From: Trichoplax adhaerens
Taxonomy: Eukaryota > Animalia > Placozoa
Direction of reading: 5' to 3'
Length of the DNA stretch: 64,000 bases
Assembly: GCF_000150275.1 (NCBI RefSeq)
Contig: NW_002060943.1
Span: 11,966,878 to 12,030,877 of the forward strand
Shown here: positions 53,582-64,000 of the stretch, piece by piece
How the letters are laid out: each line of letters begins with the position of its first letter
Position numbering within the stretch: the first letter of the stretch is position 1
Made by a program: the position numbers and the translations under genes
Notes under the pieces: generated by a model
The model's database searches: none
Told to the model about the DNA's origin: nothing
The model's input: the letters and a program-made list of their open reading frames with translations, nothing else

Positions 53582-56500
53582 CTAATCAATACAAAACAAA
53601 TGAGCAACATTATTCGTCATCAGCAATTTTTTATCCTAGTATCATATCGTTCAAATTATAACAAGCCCAACTTGACTAAAACATATTCGCAAATAATATT
53701 CTAGTTAAATGTAATCCTTAATCAGGATAGTGCGATCATTGGATTCCTCTTTTTAGATATTTGAAATTAAAGATGCTCATCTATTTTACTAGATTCATTA
53801 AATTGACAAGACCGGAGGAAAATTGCAATGGCAGCAGTTAGTAAAAATTTACGAATGTATTCATTCTACAAAGGGAAATGTGATGCTGTCCAGGCTAGCC
53901 AGATCTAACAACCATGATTACTCTCCTCTAGTTGCATAACAAGTTTTCGAGTAACAAGCATTAACCGCAGAAGACAATTCATTGATGTATCATACTATCG
54001 TTACTTATCGTAAAATTGTAAATAGGAAAATTAAAAAGACTACATGAAATATAACACTATGAGCCTATTGTCAGGTTTGTCCTCCTCGACATCAACCTAC
54101 AGTACGACTCAAATAACTGACGATCTCACCGTGGTTAGGAAGCACTAATACTAGTCTCTCTTTAGACAAAAGTGAATCCAAACTTTGTTAAAATGTCAGC
54201 CAATTTATAACAAATCTACATAAGCATTCATTATATAATTATTAGTTTATAGATAGTATTACAAAACTAAGCAGTTATCTATCTAAGTATGTATGTATGT
54301 ATGTATCTTTCATAGATAATGGTATTATCGCAATATCGCAAAGAATGCTATCTAACAAAAACAAGATCAGTAATAGTTTACGAAAGTACTGCTCGGCGAC
54401 ACGATGGAAAGTTGAAAAATCGAAAGTGTTACAACTCGATCCAATGGCTAGATTACAATTCTAAAAGGGGATATTATTTAAATAAGAGAGATTTCAATGG
54501 AAATATCAATTATTATTGATATAAGACGATTCTACAATTGAACATGGCATCTAATCATCTGATTTTGCATTCTTTGTCTGTTAATGCAATTTTTAACCTA
54601 TTTGTAGATTGGTTTCAATGCCAGGTGTGACTTACTATCTCAAGCAAGTAAAATAAAACTGATTCCATATCACGCGTGCACTACTTTACTTTGGCTTTAT
54701 ACGGCTTCAATTACTACAATGGGCACGCGTAGATTGAAAATGTAGGGTAGATTTTGTATTATAATAGTATTAATTATAAAAGCATTAATACGAGCGAAAC
54801 CTTTATTGTGGGGAGTCATTTCCACTTTAGAGGTGTTTGGAAATTGACTAGAATGTTAATTTAGTCCACAAAGGCAATACAAGATTTCTACAACGGGAAA
54901 GCAGAGCTAGTTGTTTCTACTCGGTACAGAATAGCTTCGATACAGTACATCGCTATTTTCTAGAATATTTTTTGAACTCTTCCTAGTTTATCTACCATGT
55001 TGAAGTTATTTTTCAACAACTATGTTTGATCAGACGTTATTATCGTAGTAAGAAATTAATATCCCCTTGATATGATATTGTTCCATTAGATGGAACAATA
55101 ACGTCATTTTCATCCTGAAATAAGTAATGCATGATATATTTCGGTATCTCCAGGGGCTACCAATGGAATCCTTTAATGATGATTGATTAGTTTTATTAAG
55201 CCCGAAAAATAAAGCCATCCTTTTATTCATCTGTCAGAGTATTCAATGGCGGCGATAGCAATAACTATTGCAGCAAGTCTTAGACCGGAAATGGATTAAG
55301 AAAGCAGCAATCCATTACTAAGCAACATGGGCTTGATCATCAAGAATTGATATTTGTACAAGGCACATCATTCATATCAAGGACAATTTGTCAGCTTTAT
55401 GAGGTAATGATGCCATTGATCGATTTCTGTCGTCTGCCGATGATGATGACGATACCATCATGTAGATACGACACTGGAGGATAAAATTAACCGCCCATTT
55501 TTTCTCAAATAATTTCATGTTTCTACGGTAAAAACAGTCGTGACAACCCTTTTCATAGATCAAGTTAGCTTACCATGGAATCTATGGAGGCCTATTGCGA
55601 TTTGATGACATCAACTGTGATCATTACAAGCGCTTAAAACGCTAGTAAGAGTAGTCTTCACATAACGTTGAAATGCTAGGAAAGTGTAGAAGTAGTTGAA
55701 TGATAGGCTATAAATTAAGTCGATCAATATTACACCACCGTTAATCTACAGTACGTATACTTGAAATTAAATTAAGATTTGGTTACATTGCTAACCATCA
55801 TTCAAGCCTATTGGCGACAAATTTTCTTTTCTCTTGAGTAAATTGAAAGTAGTGTACAATCCGTACTTGTATTTAGTATCATGGTAGAAAAGGAATTGAG
55901 CAAGATAGCAAGTCATGGCGCTAATTAACGACTTAAAATGAAGCCATGAACCCTTGACTCAAACGCGCTTACAAATTAACCGGTAAATTGCGGCATGCGT
56001 TGTATAAATTAAATTATTATATTATATAATTAGAATAACTTTAAAGTGTCCAGTAGTCTCGAAGTTTGTCTATCGTCTAGAAAGTTATTATTGAGAATAT
56101 GAAAAGTAGAAAATCAACCGAAGGGAAAAGAGGATGTCAAATGAGTTGTTGAAACTTGCCTCAAAGTGAATGGTTTTCATTTCTACCGTAATCTCCTAAA
56201 GACAAATGTTCATTATATATGTTTTATTGATTGGGAATCTCTCATTTCAGTATAAACTAGCTCATCTGGCGCTTTATTAATTAAAATAAGTGCCACATGG
56301 TCATTATCCGTAACCCACAAAAGCGAAATTCACAGTAGTTATTAGATATACAGTGCTGTAGTTCAAGAAATAGAATAGAAAGACCTTCGAACACATGGAT
56401 GAAATTATTTGACATCATGAAGGATACTTGCTCTACCTTGAGTAAACTTCATTCTCGAATAAATGTAAAAGAATTGAGATTACTGTACATAAGGCGATAC

Positions 56501-57099
56501 GAGTTGAATCTGAATCCATCTTCTACTTTGCGAATTCTGTCACTGGAAAACAAGTGTTTCCCGATCCAGGGGTATCATTGACTGTCAGTTTGGGTGTAAT
56601 CAAAAATTAAAAGCTAAAAAAAATTTTCTTTCTTGACTTGAGTTGATGTAACAGAACTCTATGATGGACTATGAAAGAAGACGATAAAACTGGAATTGGC
56701 ATTGATGAAATTTATTGTCAACTTTTAGCTTATAATGATGCTGTAAAATAACAGTTGCCTTTATTTCAAGCTATTCCATGGTCCGGTAGTATCGATTAAA
56801 TGATTTTCTTCCGTCAAGACATGAATGTCATTTATAATTTCGAGGGAAAATTAATTAATACCAAAAGCATACAGTGTAGAGTTCGGGATGGTTTTACATT
56901 GCATACACAGGCAATCATTTTCCCCTATTTTGAGTTGCAATTCGATAGCGATTTTGATGATATGATCGAGTATGATCAACGCCGAAATCAATCCTTGACA
57001 AAATTAAATTAAATTGAATCTCTTCAGCCATTGAAAAGAATCATTGGGCAGAATACCGGTAGAAGTAATTAATACTGATGATGCAATTCGTTAACACAG

Positions 57100-60000
57100 G
57101 TAGATGAAAAACTTTCTAATCCTCCATTCAAGGATGACTAATCTAAAGGATTAATTGGGATTAGATATATTCGGTAAGGTGGCTCAAGTGCTGTATGGTC
57201 TGATACAATATTACTGGTGATTAGTCATCAATCAAGGCAAGAAAAGCTTCAAGGCTATGACTAATCTTGTCTTGTACGTATAATTACATTTAATGACAAA
57301 ATTTATTCTTATTTAAAGTTCGAATCATGACATTGTTCTTGATTTGGTCTAGAAATGTCCCCCTCCAAAAAAATAATATTGATCTGTAAATACCGTAAAT
57401 CAGAGCGACTTGTATTCAAGTTAATTTGAGCATGTTCGCATTGCTTTCATCTCTTTTGAAGTCGATTTCATGGCTATCCTACAGTAGATCGATGACTACT
57501 ATGCCTATCGGTCAAGAAACATTTGTTCCTTGTACAATATCAATGTGGGGTAATAGCAATATTTCTGCTCATCACTCTCATCGCTTGATACCTATCCACG
57601 AAGAGAAAAAAGTGGATATCGAATCTTTTATTTGCACAACGAATGGCATGACCTTGATCGAGAGGATAATGACAATAAGTCAAGGTGTCGTAAAAGATGC
57701 CATCTCGGCTAGATGAGGTATTTTCATGAAGGAGAGCGATGTATCCTATTCTATCTGATTAGAAAATCAATCTATTTTCAACAGCAATACTACGCTGCTT
57801 TAATTAACCTTTCATCGTTCCAAGAATGGGTATGATCTAAAAAAGGATTTCCCCTAGGAAAGTAGCTCGAATCAGGGACTACGCATATGTCGTATGGTGA
57901 TAGTTGTATACCACTGGAGAGGGCATGGGATATTATCTTTGTCACACCGATATCTAGTGTATCTAAATTAGTTGTTGTACTGCAAATGGTGCCTTAGCAA
58001 GCCTATTCCACTGGACTATTTTCTTGATGAACAGTGTGTAAAGTAAATCCACTTTAACATCGAAGGCAAAAGCAGGTAGCACAATGTCAAAATGATGGAG
58101 AAAGGGGGCGACTTTGTTGGGATAAAGAAATCCATTCAAACGATTTTATGGTGAGAAAACATGCTAACACGAACTAAATCTAAAATATGGAGGATAAAAA
58201 TTCGCTGTTTCATTGTACACTCAATGAACAGCATGAATGCTTGCTGTGATTCATCGTTATTCTAAAGGATAATACTACATGGTGTAGAAGACAGATGGAA
58301 GCGAAATCCAATTCTCAGCAGTTGGTTGTTGACCTGACCAATTGTCCATTCCTTGATTGGCAAGGAACGATGACCGCATCCTATCTGGCTGATGATGCCA
58401 ACTCAATTCATGACAACAACTTCATGTTGACGAGTGATAAATTCACTAGATTACCAACCCTGTTTATCATAACTTGATGTAAATTCTACTTTAATGGTGT
58501 CGTCGAGCATGACAGGGATTTACTATGGCTTCATAAACTAAACTGTCGATTAGAATATTGAATTGGGATAACGGATGGTGGGGGGCCCTGGCAAACAGGC
58601 AGTGCACGACATGATTTGAATACATCCTTGTATATCAACGCTAAATTTGCATACGTTCATGTTATTGAAGAACATAATCCTATCATCGCATCATCATAAG
58701 ATGGAAATAGAGGATTTCAACTAGGGTTGATATCTTCGTTTTAGGTGGTAAAATGGAAAACACTCGTACCCACCGATGAAAATGAACCATTTTATCGTGC
58801 TCAAGGAACCCCAAAAAGAGAGCCTAGGAAGAAAATCAGGTAAGACGATGGCAAAAAGACTGTTCTTTTAGCGATAAAGGGAGATGGACGTTTGGGAATA
58901 ACCGATCACGAATTATCGATTTCATCTACTTTATCGAATGCTCGATGGCTGGAAATAGCGATCAAGAACACTCTCTTCAAAAGCATAGTTTAATCTCACC
59001 CAATTTCAATCGGCAGGCTTACGAGCAAAAATAGAATTATGTAGGATTAAGAGACGTCCTTTCGACAATATCATTGCATTATGATGGATGGTTGAAACAG
59101 TGGCGCTATTATTGACATTGTCATTGAAAAGTTGGGAAAACAAGACCGTTTTTACAGCAATAACACGAGCAGGAAAATGACTCTGATTGATGAACCATTG
59201 TAATACAGTATCTTCACTTCCTACTGGAATATATCATCATTCATCAATCTTCAATTATAACATGATCATCGTCAATCAGTGCATGGCAAAAAAGGCGCTT
59301 GTAGAAAGAATGACGGATTACAATCATTCTTTTTCCCCTGATGGTATTGACTGCTACAGTATCATCATCTTGTTGATATAATAATGGAATCGATGCCATC
59401 AATTACAGTACTTGGTGCTATTCTCGTGTATCCTAGGCCATTGGAAAATGTTCAATAAGCCTGACGATGATTCTACTTGATGTAGAAGATTACAACTGGA
59501 TCTATTCAACGAGCGTACATTGGCTCGATCGTTGGGCAATGAATTGTTATCATGAGGGGGCATGGTATGATTGACTTACCGTTCTAAGAAAGGAAACATC
59601 TTCACCTATATCATCGCTTTTACGAGCTGCTATCGATGTCGATGAAGTCGTCATCTTGAATGGTGATTATCACTAACAGCAATAAGATCAATTCACACGA
59701 TCAAGAGGTGCATGAATTGTGAGGAGAGGAGTGGAATAATTTTCCAGTCACGGTGATTGCCCCCCCAAAAAAACAACTTGTCCTATCTATTATCAATCAA
59801 GAGAAGAAGAAGAAAAATCAACTACTGATCGCTCAACGCTATCCACTCGATTGATTCATGGTTGATTGAAATTAGCACTACATTAAATCGAAGTGAAAGC
59901 ATCCATTACTTACTAGACAATCCTGTCCATCAATCGATCCGTACAAATAGGCAAGAGGACATGCCAATTCGACAAGGCACCAAGAAGAAAGTGTTGGCGT

Positions 60001-60790
60001 TCAAATGTAGACCATCCATCATCAAAAGCAACAAGAAGAACATCAACTCGATAAGCAAAACCTTAACCTACTACTGTCTACCAACCATAGATTAAGTTAA
60101 CGACTCAATAAGATCACTTACTAGACGATGGCTTGACTTATTGGATAAGTAAAAGGATTGAATGTAGAGAGTAGAATTCCTCCAGAGCAGGAGAAGAAAG
60201 TGCTAACGTGATTGATCGCCAAGGCTTAATGAGGGCCGAGTGCAGTATTGGTGTCGAATATAGTCGCTCAGTCGGATCATGGCAACAGGCAAAAGTGCAG
60301 TAGTGTAGCGCTTCCATCCATAGTGTTGTATAGCATTTCTATGGCTGGCAATGCAGTGGCGATGCTATGACTACCTTGGCTACCAAGGGCGTGAGAAAGT
60401 AGACAGCATGACGTCAAGATTGCCAACATGGCGAATGGCAGCAGCAGTGATGGAGCTTTGAAAATTGGTCTAGTACTAGTCTAATAACCATGAACGGAAT
60501 GAATGTGCTACTGCATCACTTTATGTTGATGTGCTATCGAATGATTTCAATGGTGAAAGATCATTCAAGGCTAGTCTACAGACTCATCGTACCATCGATA
60601 GCGAGTCGTAGATGGTAGAGGCGATTTCCTGCAGGGTTTTCTGTCCCTGGAGGGGAAGGTAAAATGGAGGATGAATAGTAGACTGTTAAAAACAGTCTAG
60701 TGTAATGGCAATGGATAAAACGATGCAATAGGTTCTTGGACGACTTTAAAGATGTGCTATGCACGACGACTCTAAGCTACTTACGAATAA
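57100..60790 (+). pseudogene. Highly diverged, frameshifted, compacted NUP133 paralogue/pseudogene
   Basis: More than 15 short translated segments resemble the NUP133 protein at 23.7-32.0 kb in the same order, e.g. ASLFHWTIF~SRLFTWRIF, SRIID..SNARWLE~SRKLID..ADPRWAH, HLYHRFYEL..ILNGDY~SLFTRLVDL..ILTGY, LTYWI~LSWI, DYLGYQ~DVVNYQ, DSMT~DSMP. Many stops and frameshifts. Aligned by eye only. Confidence 0.6.
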
Positions 60791-60872
60791 GGAGCGAAGT
60801 ACTCTGCTGTGAAGGGTAGCTCATAGATCGGTTGTGCTATTTACAGGATATCCACTTGCAGATGATGAGTAC

Positions 60873-61770
60873 GAGCTCTAGTAGCGTATTCATCGTCCGA
60901 TGAGTACCTGTTCATGGTGCAACACAAAATGGCCTATGCAATAACTGCATCTCCAAGACTTTTAGTTCTATGGCAAAGGATGGAACGATATAGTGTGCAT
61001 GAATACTTTACTAGCTCCAGCTTTATTGATCGTACGATGAGTACAAAGTGAAATAGAAAATGGCCTCTGCAAAAACAGGATCGCCTAGCCTTTTAGTTCC
61101 ATGACAAAGGTTGGAACGATGCAGTATATGAATACTCTACGAGCTCCAGTAATATGAATCGTCCGATGAGTACAAGGTGAAATGGAAAATGGCCTATGCA
61201 AAAGCAGGATCTCCAAGACTTTTAGTTCTACGGCAAAGGATGGAACGATGTAGTGTGCTTGAATACCCTACAAGCTCCAGCAGTATTGATCGTCCGATGA
61301 GTACAAGGTGAAATCGAAAATGGCCTATGCAAAAACAGGATCTCCAAGACTTTTAGTTCCATAACAAAGGTTGGAACCATGCAGTGTGCATGAATACTCT
61401 ATGAGCTCCAGTAGTATTGATCGTCCGATGAGTACAAGGTGAAACAGAAAAATGGCCTATGCAAAAAACAGCATCTCCAAGACTTTTAGTTCCATGGCAA
61501 AGGATAGAACCATGTAGTGTGCATGAATACTGTAGAACTTTATTTTTATATGCTAATGTTAGGTAGTAGTTGATGACTCTAGCATAGTACGGAATGGCAA
61601 GCTAGAACAGTCCATCTATCCTTAGTGGCATCGTTGTCAGCTCATGGCTACGAGCTCCAGCAGTATTGATCGTCCGATGATACGAGGTGAAACAGAAAAT
61701 GGCTTATGCCAAAAATGCACAGTCTGAAAACTGTCTAGTCCAATAGCAAGGGATAAAATGATGCAATGTG
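60873..61770. repeat. Tandem array of ~131-bp units (5 contiguous copies plus 1 degenerate copy after a ~115-bp spacer)
   Basis: Units start (G/T/A)AGCTC at ~60873, 61012, 61141, 61272, 61403 and ~61652. Consensus GAGCTCCAGTAGTATTGATCGTCCGATGAGTACAAGGTGAAA...AAAATGGCCTATGCAAAAACAGGATCTCCAAGACTTTTAGTTCCATGGCAAAGGATGGAAC... Confidence 0.95.
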
Positions 61771-64000
61771 CGACTCCTTGGCTTTATTGGTGTGCTATGG
61801 TCGACACATAGTACCAAATGATGGCTACCAGGAGTCTACAGAGATGTGCAACAAATTATATCCCTCCATTTTTCCATTGTAAAATGTTGTTCAAATTGAA
61901 AAATCTTGCATAATTTCAGCAATTTCAGCAATGGCTAATAAAGCGTGAGGGCCATAATAGCATACCGCAAAGGATGTACTGTCGATATCTTTGGCAAACC
62001 GATACTTGTACAATCTTATAATTCATTGTCGGATAGCATTTCAAGCTTTTATAACTGAAGAATTGTATACTGCATTGGTTGTATGCCTCAATTTGAATAC
62101 ATCAAGTCCAATCTATTAGCGGAATGACAGCGAGTTGATGCAGTATAAATTATATGATTATTTAGTAACGACGATGAATCAAAGGCACAGGAAATGCCTA
62201 CCATTGGTTACGATGACCTTTCTTCCGCATCTTCGATTTATACTGTAAAACACCTTCAAGTTTGTAGCATGAAATGTCTTGTAAATACTATAAAAAGACT
62301 TGCAATTTTCTCCTTTAACTTGACTTAATCATACTCTATAAATCAACTTTCTGCCAGTATCATCTCCATTTATCTCTGGTGCTACTAGAATTAATTAATA
62401 ACCATCATCGCTAAATACAGACCCGGGACCCGGTAGTGTAACTATCTTTCGTGAATAGCCACTTGTTTCGGGGTTGCAGTAGCTTTTCTACCTCAAGAAT
62501 TATTCTGTGCTCGTACTGCATATTTGTTACTAATTTTAAAGGTGTCAGAATAAATTGATCGGATTGAAATGAGAAGGACATTTTACCGCTTATCAATCAC
62601 GATTACTAAAAAAGCGCCAAAAATTCGAAAATCAGCAGTAAATTGTTTTCAAGCCTACAAGGCATTTAATAATTATCTTTGGCACGTTTATCAAGTCTAT
62701 CTTATTCTAGACTTGAATCCTTGTTCCACTTTATTGCCTAAATTAGTTGCACAATTTAGCACTTGTTGTAATAATAATAATGCCATCTATTCGCTAAAGT
62801 TCTGTATTACAGAACTGATCACATCCGAGAGATCTCTTCGAAGAAAAGACACTGAATCTAGCTTATACCCATGATCGAACTATGATATACTATTGCAAGC
62901 TTGGATACCTTAAGAGGAATAAACAGTATTTACTACTTAATACGCATTGAAAGTATAGAAAAATGCCCATGGTTGTTGATAACCTATCGATCGAAATTCT
63001 CACAAGTACGCAACTTCCACACCTCAAGACTAATAATTAATTAATTGGTTTAGAATGGAATGGATATACACGCATTGCAAAGGACTACACAAAAGGCTTT
63101 TAGCCTAGTAGACAACAGGTCGATATGATATCACATTCGCTAATTTAATTGAGAACATTCGTCGGCTGCTGTTATCCCATTCTCTATCTCTATTCGTACT
63201 GTATTGTCATGTTTGGCCTATGGCAATAAGGAGAGCAGATAATTGATTTATAACGTTAATGATGCTGCTATAAAAGATGAAAAGTCACGAGTCATCGCCA
63301 TCAGAATGAATATTTAATTAGTTGTGGTGGACGAGAGAAAGTCTTCCTGTGCGTTGTGTTTCCACGCTTAGTCGTTGACGTTGGTACGAGGGACTTTGAT
63401 ACATTTCACCTAGTAGGCTTTCTAGAAATCACTTTTTATTTAGGATTTACTCCATTTAAATAAGTTATCGTATCACAACACATTCGGTGCAGCACAACAG
63501 GTTACTTTATTCTTCCTTATATAACACTCTGTACAATCCAACACCAACCAGGTTCCATGCTGCTCTAACGTAACTACCGTATTTTGACACCGATTGTAGC
63601 CTACTCCAAATATTTCAATTCTAGTTAGCAAACTATTTTCTCTACGGCTTCCATTAATTAATGGAGTATTTTTAGAACATACGCGTACGTAAGAAATGAA
63701 ATGAAAGAGATTTTCACCCTGGAAATAATTCAAGCAATATCGCATAGAGCGAAGTCAGTCAATTGGAGTAGATTAAATACGAGTATGTACAATTTTAAAT
63801 TAATTTTATTAGGACAAGACTTCGTGTCGTTTTGCTCATCGTCCTCTCTGATCAGAATTGTTAATTTATTATCCAATTTCACTCGAAATACAGTGAGATA
63901 GAACTACCTCATAGGGAAGATTTGAAGTAACAAACTTGCTAGTAGATCAAAGGCTTTCGTAAATAAACATCAAGTTAACATATTCTATTATAGTAGAAGA

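Noticed and set aside
58600-58650. LYINAKF as a protein tyrosine phosphatase (DYINA) motif
   Set aside because: No other PTP motifs nearby; the segment fits better in the colinear NUP133-like series.
63318-63900. Possible 3' exons of a minus-strand gene entering from the right edge (e.g. GEMYQSPSYQRQRLSVETQRTGRLSLVHHN*)
   Set aside because: I could not build a phase-consistent model or recognise any homology.

Overview
AT-rich eukaryotic (animal) genomic DNA with compact, intron-dense genes (mostly ~70-300 nt GT-AG introns). The style and gene content suggest an early-branching metazoan, most likely a placozoan (Trichoplax/Hoilungia); this is an inference. I assembled six multi-exon genes by hand from splice sites and translation: GPR137 (-), ERO1 (+), RNF141 (-), COA8/APOPT1 (-), NUP133 (+) and a full-length ryanodine receptor (-). 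The most unusual observations are: (1) the RyR gene has one uninterrupted 10.9-kb coding exon between 21 and 18 small exons, which looks like block-wise intron erasure; (2) about 57.1-60.8 kb, invisible in the ORF track, appears to be a highly diverged, frameshifted, compacted second copy of NUP133; (3) two tandem arrays (~190-240 bp and ~131 bp units) share ordered motifs and each sits beside one NUP133 copy; (4) a TATA+Inr-driven candidate 20-aa micropeptide gene lies between NUP133 and RyR; (5) RNF141 has a duplicated, phase-compatible alternative exon; (6) GPR137, ERO1, NUP133 and RyR are also linked on human 1q42-43. Exon coordinates were read manually and may be off by a few bases.
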